This document shows positions 1 through 7,927 of a stretch of 64,000 nt of DNA, in pieces. Origin of the DNA: Pseudomonadota bacterium (GTDB lineage: Bacteria > Pseudomonadota > Gammaproteobacteria > Burkholderiales > Gallionellaceae); assembly GCA_021782995.1 (NCBI GenBank), contig JAJXUI010000006.1:16395-80394 (forward strand), in the 5' to 3' direction. Numbering within the stretch: position 1 is the stretch's first letter; every line of letters starts with the position of its first letter. The notes below the pieces were generated by a model. It saw only the letters and a program-made list of their open reading frames with translations. It was not told the DNA's origin and did not search any database. Both the position numbers and the translations under genes were made by a program.

Positions 1-56
1 GCACCCAATGTGCTGCACACAATTTGTGTTGGCCTGCACCGGAATACGCCAAAAAT

Positions 57-256
57 TAATCCACAAATTCTGTGGATAACTTTGTGGATTGTTTGCCAGT
101 AAGTTGATAAATACTTCTCCGGAAACCACTTTTTTTTATTGCTTAAATATTGAACTTTTAAAATAACACAATATAAACAAAAGGATAGAAATTTCATATG
201 GCATTGGTTGGGTATATTGCCCCGTAAGCCCCGCCAGTGTTGGACTCTGTGGATTA
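57..256. promoter_or_regulatory. DnaA-box cluster with adjacent A/T-rich tract (oriC-like, DnaA-titration or DnaA-controlled promoter region)
   Basis: TAATCCACA 57-65 (1 mismatch to TTATCCACA); TGTGGATAA 71-79 (perfect, opposite orientation); TGTGGATTG 83-91; TGTGGATTA 248-256. AATCCACAAA 59-68 and TTTGTGGATT 81-90 form a perfect inverted repeat. A/T-rich run about 129-200. Confidence 0.4.
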
Positions 257-473
257 AACGCGTTGTCAATACGTAATCAGTAATATTTTTAAAAAAAATT
301 TCATGGCAGTTTTGCGAAAAAAATTTCCTGAATCAAATCAGGAACAACATTTTCAATACAGAAAATTCACTGTTGAATTGTTGCAACACCCTGCAACATT
401 TTTCAAAACACGCACGGTGCGGTAAGCTTGCGCATTTCCCGCAAACCTCATTCACATTCATAAAAGAAAAACC

Positions 474-2138
474 ATGGCCCAATACGTAATGTCCATGCTC
501 CGCGTGAGCAAAATCGTTCCCCCCAAGCGTCAGATCATCAAAGACATCTCCTTAAGCTTCTTCCCCGGTGCAAAAATCGGTTTGCTGGGCCTGAATGGCT
601 CCGGTAAATCCACCGTACTCAAGATCATGGCCGGCGTGGACAAGGAATATGACGGCGAAGTGCAGCGCCTGCCCAACATCAAGGTGGGCTACCTGCCGCA
701 AGAGCCTCAGCTCGACCCGGAAAAAACCGTGAAGCAGGAAGTGGAGTCTGCGCTGGGTGAAGTGATGGAAGCGCAGTCCAAGCTCGATGCCGTATATGCC
801 GCCTATGCCGATGAAAATGCTGACTTTGATGCGCTGGCTGCCGAGCAGGCGCGGCTGGAAGCCATCATCGCCACCAGCGGCTCTGATTCCTCGCACCAGA
901 TGGAAGTGGCGGCGGATGCCTTAAGGTTGCCCGAATGGGACGCGCAGATCAAAAACCTCTCCGGTGGTGAAAAGCGCCGCGTTGCGCTGTGCAAACTGTT
1001 GCTGGAAAAGCCCGACATGCTGCTGCTGGACGAGCCCACCAACCACCTCGATGCCGAATCTGTCGAGTGGCTGGAGCAATTCCTTGTGCGCTTCCCCGGC
1101 ACCGTGGTGGCGGTAACGCACGACCGCTACTTCCTCGACAACGCCGCCGAATGGATACTGGAGCTGGACCGTGGCCACGGCATCCCGTGGAAGGGCAACT
1201 ACTCCGAATGGCTGGAGCAGAAGGAAGCGCGTCTGGAGCAGGAAAACAAACAGATCGACGCGCACATGAAAGCGATGAAGCAGGAGCTGGAATGGGTACG
1301 GCAAAACCCCAAGGCACGCCAGGCCAAATCCAAGGCGCGCTTGAATCGCTTTGAAGAACTCAACTCGCAGGAATACCAGAAGCGCAACGAGACCCAGGAA
1401 ATCTTCATCCCTGTGGGCGAGCGTCTGGGAAATGAAGTCATCGAATTCAACGGCGTCAGCAAAGCCTATGGCGACCGTCTGCTGATGGATAACTTCAGCT
1501 TCAAGATTCCCGCTGGCGCCATTGTCGGCATCATCGGCCCCAACGGCGCTGGTAAATCCACGCTGTTCCGCATGATTACCGGCAAGGAACAACCCGATAG
1601 CGGTGAAGTGAAAATCGGCCAGACCGTGAAAATCGCTTATGTCGACCAGTCACGCGACGCGCTGGAAGCCGACAAAAGCGTGTTCGACGCCATCTCCGGC
1701 GGCCACGATATTTTGACCGTGGGCAAATACGAAACCCCGGCCCGCGCCTACATCGGCCGCTTCAACTTCAAGGGCGCAGACCAGGCCAAGATCGTCGGCC
1801 AGCTCTCCGGTGGTGAGCGCGGGCGATTACATTTAGCGAAGACGCTGATCTCCGGCGGCAATGTGCTGCTGCTCGACGAACCCTCCAACGACCTCGATGT
1901 GGAAACCCTGCGCGCGCTGGAAGACGCGCTGCTGGAGTTTGCCGGCTGCGTCATGGTCATCTCGCACGACCGCTGGTTCCTCGACCGTATCGCCACCCAC
2001 ATCATCGCGGCAGAAGGCGATTCGAAGTGGACGTTCTTTGATGGCAACTATCAGGAATACGAGGCGGACAAGAAGAAGCGGCTGGGTGAGGAAGGGGCGA
2101 AGCCGAAACGGATTCGTTATAAGCCGATTAGTAGGTGA
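474..2138 (+). CDS. ettA: Energy-dependent translational throttle protein EttA (ABC-F ATPase)
   Basis: 554 aa. N-terminus MAQYVMSMLRVSKIVPPKRQIIKDISLSFFPGAKIGLLGLNGSGKST closely resembles E. coli EttA/YjjK. Two Walker A motifs (GLNGSGKS, GPNGAGKS), two LSGGE signatures, no TM domain. Confidence 0.95.
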   Translation: MAQYVMSMLRVSKIVPPKRQIIKDISLSFFPGAKIGLLGLNGSGKSTVLKIMAGVDKEYDGEVQRLPNIKVGYLPQEPQLDPEKTVKQEVESALGEVMEAQSKLDAVYAAYADENADFDALAAEQARLEAIIATSGSDSSHQMEVAADALRLPEWDAQIKNLSGGEKRRVALCKLLLEKPDMLLLDEPTNHLDAESVEWLEQFLVRFPGTVVAVTHDRYFLDNAAEWILELDRGHGIPWKGNYSEWLEQKEARLEQENKQIDAHMKAMKQELEWVRQNPKARQAKSKARLNRFEELNSQEYQKRNETQEIFIPVGERLGNEVIEFNGVSKAYGDRLLMDNFSFKIPAGAIVGIIGPNGAGKSTLFRMITGKEQPDSGEVKIGQTVKIAYVDQSRDALEADKSVFDAISGGHDILTVGKYETPARAYIGRFNFKGADQAKIVGQLSGGERGRLHLAKTLISGGNVLLLDEPSNDLDVETLRALEDALLEFAGCVMVISHDRWFLDRIATHIIAAEGDSKWTFFDGNYQEYEADKKKRLGEEGAKPKRIRYKPISR

Positions 2139-2246
2139 ATATCATAGAACCTGATTGGTCTAAACAAGACTGTTTCAGTTAAGTTTGTTACGTGCATGTT
2201 CTATGTTCGCACCAAATCTTCGAGTGTATTGTGGGAGAAATAAATA

Positions 2247-4229
2247 ATGGCAATAACTCCATTTGATGAATTCGATCCGTTATCTTTTAAATCATTAAGT
2301 ACATCGGAAGCCGCGACAAATGCGGTGAAGCGTGAAATCAAGAATATCTTGAGTTCCTATGTCGGTTGGTATGACCCATTCTGCGAGCTTATACAGAATG
2401 CGCTTGATTCGGTAGAGGCACGTGCAATAGAAGAAAAGCGCACAAAATCTGGTGAGGGATATAAGCCACGAATTGGCATCACGGTGAATATGCAGGCTAA
2501 TTGCCTGACCGTTACAGATAATGGCGTGGGTCTGAATAAGGATCAGTTTCAACAGTTCTTAGCCCCCAATTTTTCATTCAAATCTGGCAATACACGAGGG
2601 CATAAAGGGGTAGGAGCAACTTACGTCGCATATGGCTTTAATAAAATGCAGGTTGCCACAAAGACTGTGGGTTTTGAGACTGTTGGTCAGATTATTCGTG
2701 CAAGAACATGGCTTGACGACCCGGCGCCAAGCGGCAATCCAAAAGTCATTTTGGATGCCTCCGGTCCCGTGGACTTGGTCTTTAATGATATTGATCGTGG
2801 TGTGTCAATTACGGTTTTTTTTGATGAATTTACTCATCCAAAGCGGTTGGATTGGGTGCAGGCTTCTACAGCTGACTCCTGGTGGAAAATTCTCTCAATC
2901 AAGACTGGCTTGGGCGCAGTATTTCCTAATAGTGAGATACGGATAGAGTTGACCGTTATAGCGCCAGGCGGTACCAGTACGTCACTTGAAAAAAACGGTG
3001 TTGAGTACTATTGGATTTATCGGGACTATCCAAAGACGGCGCGTTTTAGGGAGATCAAGAAGACGGAGAAGGAATTATTTGAGAAACGCGGTGCGGGGTT
3101 TAGGCATCCGGATAAAATTTCCAACCTCGATCTTATTTACGAGCAGTGGTGTTCGGATGAACTTGAGGGGTTGCTTGGCAAGAGTCTAAATGAAGAAGAG
3201 CGCATTATATTGCGCGACTACAGGCCTACTGTTGGAGTGGAGTTTGGATATACCGCGAAATTGTGGCAGAAATTTAACGAAGATTTGGGTGTGCGATCTA
3301 ATTACCGCGTGATGACTACAGGTATTCAAATGGCGGCGAATAATATGCCCCAAGGCGAGCCGATCCAGATTCCGCTAACAAGAAATATTGGTCGACAAAA
3401 CCAAATTCATTTCTTGATTCACTTTGAAAATTACACGCCTGATTTGGGTCGTAAAGGATTTCATCGAGAGTTGAGTGATTTTGCCAAAGGTGTTGCTCGT
3501 CAAATAACCGAGAATCATTTGTCGCAAGTTCGGGCTCGATTGAAAGTTAATACAGGAGTTGCGCCGGATCTATTGCGTGAGCAACAGATTTCGGAATGGA
3601 AGAAAGATATGCTCTCTCATGAGCAATCCAGTCCGTTGCGAATCATGAATGACAATTTCTTCTTCCCTGTGCAGCGAGTTTCTATTACATCAACACCAAC
3701 ACGCGAGCAAGATGTAATTGCGCTATTTCATCAGCTGATTGCTGGTGGAATTGTTCGTGGTATTCAAGTGATGGCAACAAATGAGCGGCTCACATATGAC
3801 AGCTTATTTAAGATTGCATTTGATTTGGCACCTGAAAAATACATTTTCAATAAACAAACTAATCCGCTTGGTATATCAGAAGACGTAGCAAACCAGTTAA
3901 AGGGATTGGTTACAGAGCCAAAGGTACTTGAGTACAAATTCTCGCTTGATGGCTTGATTGAAGATGTGGAAAGCGGTGATAAAAATATTAAGGACATTAA
4001 TCTCACTGTCGTATGGAGTTCTGGTAATCAGTATCGTGAAAGGTATGGAATTAATTCTTTGCTACTATCTGAGAATCAGGATCAGAGATCATTTCATGGT
4101 GCAACCCATGTGCTAAGTGATTTGGAGTCCGGGGCAAAAATTATGGACCTTATTATTCTTGAGGAATTGATTGACTACCTAAATGATCAGGTTGGCTGTG
4201 AGGATAAGCAAAGGGTGAAATACGAATAG
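2247..4229 (+). CDS. GHKL (Bergerat-fold, MORC/paraMORC-like) ATPase with uncharacterised C-terminal half, possibly a PD-(D/E)xK-like module
   Basis: 660 aa. Motif I ELIQNALD (aa 47-54, nt 2385-2408), motif II DNGVG, motif III GHKGVG, in the same order as the HtpG in this window (ELISNASD / DNGIG / GQFGVG). Visibly AT-richer than flanking genes. C-terminal pattern E487 ... D ... E562-Y-K564. Confidence 0.75.
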   Translation: MAITPFDEFDPLSFKSLSTSEAATNAVKREIKNILSSYVGWYDPFCELIQNALDSVEARAIEEKRTKSGEGYKPRIGITVNMQANCLTVTDNGVGLNKDQFQQFLAPNFSFKSGNTRGHKGVGATYVAYGFNKMQVATKTVGFETVGQIIRARTWLDDPAPSGNPKVILDASGPVDLVFNDIDRGVSITVFFDEFTHPKRLDWVQASTADSWWKILSIKTGLGAVFPNSEIRIELTVIAPGGTSTSLEKNGVEYYWIYRDYPKTARFREIKKTEKELFEKRGAGFRHPDKISNLDLIYEQWCSDELEGLLGKSLNEEERIILRDYRPTVGVEFGYTAKLWQKFNEDLGVRSNYRVMTTGIQMAANNMPQGEPIQIPLTRNIGRQNQIHFLIHFENYTPDLGRKGFHRELSDFAKGVARQITENHLSQVRARLKVNTGVAPDLLREQQISEWKKDMLSHEQSSPLRIMNDNFFFPVQRVSITSTPTREQDVIALFHQLIAGGIVRGIQVMATNERLTYDSLFKIAFDLAPEKYIFNKQTNPLGISEDVANQLKGLVTEPKVLEYKFSLDGLIEDVESGDKNIKDINLTVVWSSGNQYRERYGINSLLLSENQDQRSFHGATHVLSDLESGAKIMDLIILEELIDYLNDQVGCEDKQRVKYE

Positions 4230-4246
4230 AAAATCTCACGAATCTC

Positions 4247-4361
4247 GGGTCAGCCGGACTCTAAGTTTTCTGGCATCAAGAATTTCGAGTCAACATGGGG
4301 GTCAGGCCTTAAATTTTACATAATTTAATTAATTGATTATATTGAATAATTTTAATTTAAG
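4247..4361 (+). repeat. Composite intergenic element: degenerate plus full GGGGTCAGG..TTAAATTTTACA box followed by an AT-rich TGAAT-core motif
   Basis: GGGTCAGCCGGACTCTAAGTTTTC 4247-4270. GGGGTCAGGCCTTAAATTTTACA 4298-4320 (22/23 identical to 5888-5910). TTGAATAATTTTA 4342-4354. Confidence 0.7.
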
Positions 4362-4427
4362 CTATCAGGTGCATGCCGCGTTTACTTCATTTTTCCCCGC
4401 ATCCATAAAGCTGTAAACACCAATCTC

Positions 4428-4456
4428 TTGACAATACTATCGCTATGCGACAGTAT
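4428..4456 (+). promoter_or_regulatory. Putative higBA promoter with overlapping operator palindrome
   Basis: TTGACA 4428-4433, 17-nt spacer, CAGTAT 4451-4456. Imperfect inverted repeat ATACTATCGC-TAT-GCGACAGTAT 4434-4456 (9 of 10 arm positions pair). Confidence 0.5.
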
Positions 4457-4467
4457 CAAGCTCCGTT

Positions 4468-4746
4468 ATCATAGATTTTCACGATGAAAAAACCCTGAAA
4501 GTCTGGCGCGGTGAATTTTCGCGGCGCTTGCCGAGCCAGATTCAGGAGTTGGCACGCCGCAAACTGCGTATGTTGCATAACGCGCAGAGAGTTGAAGATT
4601 TACGCATTCCGCCGAATAACCGTCTTGAAATGTTGAAAGGTAACCGCGCGGGTCAATGGAGCATCCGCATCAACGATCAATGGCGGGTGTGCTTTGTGTG
4701 GAATGACGGACAGGCCAGTCGCGTGGAAATCTGCGATTATCATTGA
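4468..4746 (+). CDS. higB: HigB-family (RelE/ParE superfamily) toxin; the full-length frame lacks a canonical start codon
   Basis: Frame open from 4432. IIDFHDEKTLKVWRGEFSRRLPSQIQELARRKLRMLHNAQRVEDLRIPPNNRLEMLKGNRAGQWSIRINDQWRVCFVWNDG..VEICDYH reads like a complete HigB. The first canonical start is TTG 4528 (72 aa, N-terminally truncated). ATC 4468 / ATA 4471 occupy the expected Met-Ile position. Confidence 0.8.
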   Translation: MIDFHDEKTLKVWRGEFSRRLPSQIQELARRKLRMLHNAQRVEDLRIPPNNRLEMLKGNRAGQWSIRINDQWRVCFVWNDGQASRVEICDYH

Positions 4747-4758
4747 GGAGTAAGTACC

Positions 4759-5067
4759 ATGGCTAAAACAACCAAACTGCGCAACATTCATCCCGGTGAA
4801 GTGCTGCGTGAGGAGTTTCTGGTGCCGCTTGGCATTTCGCAATACCGCTTGGCGAAGGAAATCGGGGTGACTGAGGCGCGCATTTCGGCGATCTGTTCCG
4901 GCAAACGTGCAATCACTGCGGATTCGGCGCTGCGTCTGGCGGCGTTTTTTGGCACGAGCAGTGGATTCTGGATGGGCTTGCAGGCAGATTACGACACAGA
5001 AGAGGCGGCCAAGGAGTTATCCAAGGAATTGGCACAGATCCAGCGTTTCGAGCCGATGGCGGCCTGA
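4759..5067 (+). CDS. higA: HigA-family antitoxin (XRE-type HTH)
   Basis: 102 aa. IHPGEVLREEFLVPLGISQYRLAKEIGVTEARISAICSGKRAITADSALRLAAFFGTS is the typical HigA HTH. Starts 12 nt after higB. Confidence 0.9.
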   Translation: MAKTTKLRNIHPGEVLREEFLVPLGISQYRLAKEIGVTEARISAICSGKRAITADSALRLAAFFGTSSGFWMGLQADYDTEEAAKELSKELAQIQRFEPMAA

Positions 5068-5145
5068 TGTCAGCACGCCTCCCGTGCTGCCTGGGGGGAT
5101 TGATGTAGTAACAATATGGGACGGACCGCGGTTTAATGTGCACTC

Positions 5146-5676
5146 ATGACTATCTCTGCAAACAATAAGCGCATCGTCATCATTGCTGGGCCGAATGGCG
5201 CTGGTAAAACAACCTTTGCTCGTGAGTTTTTGCCAACTGATGCGGAGCTTCCGAATTTTGTTAATGCGGATTTGATTGCTGCTGGTATATCGCCATTTGC
5301 ACCAGAGCTGGCGGCATTCAAAGCGGGCAGGTTGATGTTGGAGACGATAGATGATTATGTGAGACGCGGCGAAAGTTTTTCCTTCGAGACGACGCTATCC
5401 GGTTTGACCTATGCGCAGATGATTCCGGTGTGGCGGACATCTGGTTATGCGGTGAAACTGATTTTCCTTTCTTTGCCGGATGTTGAGATGGCAATCGAGC
5501 GTGTGGCGATACGCGTCAGGCAGGGCGGCCATAATATCCCCGAAGATGTAATTCGGCGCAGATATGCACATGGCCGTGGAAATTTCGAGCGTTACAAGTT
5601 GCTGGTAGATGGCTGGCAGTTATACGATAATTCACAGACACCTCCATTTCTTTTAGACGAGGGGATGAATAAATGA
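5146..5676 (+). CDS. Zeta-toxin-like small P-loop kinase/ATPase (COG4185-type)
   Basis: 176 aa. Walker A GPNGAGKTT near the N-terminus. Size and layout match zeta/AAA_33-type small kinases. Confidence 0.7.
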   Translation: MTISANNKRIVIIAGPNGAGKTTFAREFLPTDAELPNFVNADLIAAGISPFAPELAAFKAGRLMLETIDDYVRRGESFSFETTLSGLTYAQMIPVWRTSGYAVKLIFLSLPDVEMAIERVAIRVRQGGHNIPEDVIRRRYAHGRGNFERYKLLVDGWQLYDNSQTPPFLLDEGMNK

Positions 5677-5828
5677 AAGTACCTGTTTCCAAACTGAATG
5701 ATCCCGACCTGCAAAAGGTTCCACAGGCCTTGATGCGTGCTGCTGAAAAGGCTCGCCAGCTTGCTGAACAGACTGGTACACCATTTGTTACACGCCCAGT
5801 GGGAACTACTGAAAAGAAAGCCAAGTAA
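5673..5828 (+). CDS. Small 51-codon ORF translationally coupled to the zeta-like gene; candidate cognate antitoxin
   Basis: ATG 5673-5675 overlaps stop TGA 5674-5676 (ATGA). Product MKVPVSKLNDPDLQKVPQALMRAAEKARQLAEQTGTPFVTRPVGTTEKKAK. Below the 60-aa cut-off of the supplied ORF track. Confidence 0.5.
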   Translation: MKVPVSKLNDPDLQKVPQALMRAAEKARQLAEQTGTPFVTRPVGTTEKKAK

Positions 5829-5857
5829 ATTCTGGCTTGATCCTGACAAGCACCGTG

Positions 5858-5935
5858 AGGTTCAGCCCTTACATTTGACAAAATCTTGGGGTCAGGTCTT
5901 AAATTTTACACGTCACAACATATTGAATTAATTAA
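5858..5935 (+). repeat. Composite intergenic element (second copy): degenerate plus full GGGGTCAGG box followed by a TGAAT-core AT-rich motif
   Basis: GGTTCAGCCCTTACATTTGACA 5858-5880. GGGGTCAGGTCTTAAATTTTACA 5888-5910. TTGAATTAATTAA 5923-5935. Confidence 0.7.
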
Positions 5936-6063
5936 ATAATATATTCATTTAAATATATGGGCTCAGATCAGATTCGATATTCATCAAAAAAACTTCTAGC
6001 TCAATAGATTAGATAAGTGGCTCAACACACAGCTAACCTCAAAAATAAATTCATTCCTAGAAA

Positions 6064-6993
6064 TTGATCATGATCAAACGTCCCAATAAGTGGCTTGCGC
6101 TTATCTTAGGAGTTTTCACTCCACCGCTCAGTCTCGTCTATGTGGCGCAACCGGCATGGGCGGTATTTTATTTTGTGCTCTTGATGGGGCTGGGTGTTAT
6201 CGGCTTTTTCTATGAGCATGTTTATCCGATTCTCATACTGATAAGCCTGATTACTTTTTATCTTGCATGCGGTATTCATTCTTTTAGACTTGCCAAAGCT
6301 TATCTTGTAGATAAGATCAGGCCGCACTACAGCCGCTGGTATGGCTTGCTTGCAATCTATCTGGCATTTTTTGTGATTGTTTTTCTTTTTCGCTCATTCG
6401 GTTTTGAGCCTTTCAGGCAAGCATCGAGTTCCATGTTGCCAAGTATTGAGCACAGAGCAATCCTGGTTGTGCGGAAGTGGGGTTATGGTCATTACGGTTC
6501 ATACGGGTTTGTTCCATTTCACAGATCAATTTCAGCTGAAATGCAAAGAGGGGATGTGATTGTTTTTGATTATCCTGAAAATAAATCCGTTCAGTACATC
6601 AAGCGACTGATTGGGTTGCCGGGTGACCGGGTTGAATACAGGGACAAGCAAATTAGTGTCAATGGCGTGAGCATCGCTAGAATCAAGGAGGGCGAGTATA
6701 TGGCCAACCTGGGTGGCGAATTTGAAAAGCTGACGCGGTATCAGGAAACGCTGGATGGCAAGCCTTATGACGTGGTGGTGGATGAGAGTATTGGCAGGCC
6801 GATTTTGCCCGATTCGAGTTCATTTAAATTCAAGGAAAATTGCTCGTTTAATGGTAGTGACCTGAGCTGTCTGGTACCGGAAAATCACTATTTTGTGTTG
6901 GGTGATAATCGGGATAACAGCAGAGATAGCCGTTATTGGGGATTTGTGCCTGAAAAGAATGTTGTCGGGGTAGTGTGGAAAACGTTCAAGTGA
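6064..6993 (+). CDS. lepB: Signal peptidase I (S26 family) paralog with extended polytopic N-terminal region
   Basis: Catalytic Ser box SSSMLPS, Lys box YIKRLIGLPGD, C-terminal GDNRDNSRDSRYWGFVP. About 110 aa of hydrophobic helices precede the catalytic domain. AT-rich gene. The ATG at 6070 is an alternative start. Confidence 0.85.
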   Translation: MIMIKRPNKWLALILGVFTPPLSLVYVAQPAWAVFYFVLLMGLGVIGFFYEHVYPILILISLITFYLACGIHSFRLAKAYLVDKIRPHYSRWYGLLAIYLAFFVIVFLFRSFGFEPFRQASSSMLPSIEHRAILVVRKWGYGHYGSYGFVPFHRSISAEMQRGDVIVFDYPENKSVQYIKRLIGLPGDRVEYRDKQISVNGVSIARIKEGEYMANLGGEFEKLTRYQETLDGKPYDVVVDESIGRPILPDSSSFKFKENCSFNGSDLSCLVPENHYFVLGDNRDNSRDSRYWGFVPEKNVVGVVWKTFK

Positions 6994-7120
6994 TTTTGTG
7001 TAGAAGATTTAATCTTTAACAGGAAAACATGGGATCAAATTTCATTGATCCAACCGGATTCGAGTGTTGACTTCGAGGAATTAAATGGGTCCGCATAGCT
7101 TAACTTGTTACAGTACCAGA

Positions 7121-7831
7121 ATGAAAAATTTCATCTCCTTCCTCTTTCTCATCCTGCTTGTTTTAGGCTCGTTTACTGTGTCTGCTTCAGAACCTGCAGT
7201 GATCTATTGGAGCTCGGATGCGGGCAAGGCGTTGCGCGCCAGAATCAAGCCTGATGCAGACTACTGGCAGCTCATTCCCTGGTTCACAAATCAGATCAAC
7301 CAGTCTTATTGCGGGGTGGCCAGCGCGGTGACAGTGCTGAATGCGATGCCGATCAAGAAGCCGGTTGATCCCATCTATGCGCCGTTTGCCTATTTCACCC
7401 AGAGCAATTTCTTTACGCCTGAGGTGGCGAAGGTCATCGGCCCGCAGACTGTACGCAATCAAGGCATGACCCGCGACGAGATGGTGGAGACGTTAACGCA
7501 ACTTGGCGTGAAGGCGACGACGGTGGCGGGGGATGAAGTGGATGAGCCTGCGCTGCGTTCTCTTGTGCAGAAGGCGATGGGCGACGACGGGCAGTTTGTG
7601 CTGGTTAATTTTTTGCGCAGGTCACTAGGCCAGCCCGGCGGGGGGCATTGGTCGGTGTTGGCGGCTTATGATGCGCAAGCGGATCGTGTGCTGATCCTCG
7701 ATGTGTCGAAGTATATGTATGAGCCCGAGTGGGTTACCATCCCTACACTTCTTAAAGCGATAAACACGCTGGATGCCGAAAGCAACCGGGCGCGTGGTTT
7801 GGTGTTCGTATCGCAACAGGGCGGCAAATGA
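7121..7831 (+). CDS. Periplasmic phytochelatin-synthase-like (papain-fold, C83) protein, copy 1
   Basis: Signal peptide MKNFISFLFLILLVLGSFTVSASEP. YCGVASAVTVLNAM (Cys), GGGHWSVLAAYD (His), LILDV (Asp). The ORF-track start 7085 is probably over-extended. Confidence 0.8.
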   Translation: MKNFISFLFLILLVLGSFTVSASEPAVIYWSSDAGKALRARIKPDADYWQLIPWFTNQINQSYCGVASAVTVLNAMPIKKPVDPIYAPFAYFTQSNFFTPEVAKVIGPQTVRNQGMTRDEMVETLTQLGVKATTVAGDEVDEPALRSLVQKAMGDDGQFVLVNFLRRSLGQPGGGHWSVLAAYDAQADRVLILDVSKYMYEPEWVTIPTLLKAINTLDAESNRARGLVFVSQQGGK

Positions 7832-7927
7832 ATGTGGTGGACATAATCCAGTTGTAATTGTTGGATAATATAAAAATGCGTCAGACTGGATTGATTTCAC
7901 TCTTGACCATCAAGTCAATCGATTAAC

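Noticed and set aside
4247-5910. Integron-type gene cassettes with attC sites
   Set aside because: No intI gene is present. The repeats lack the RYYYAAC/GTTRRRY core pair (GTCAGGC is only a near-match) and lack the imperfect-palindrome attC structure.
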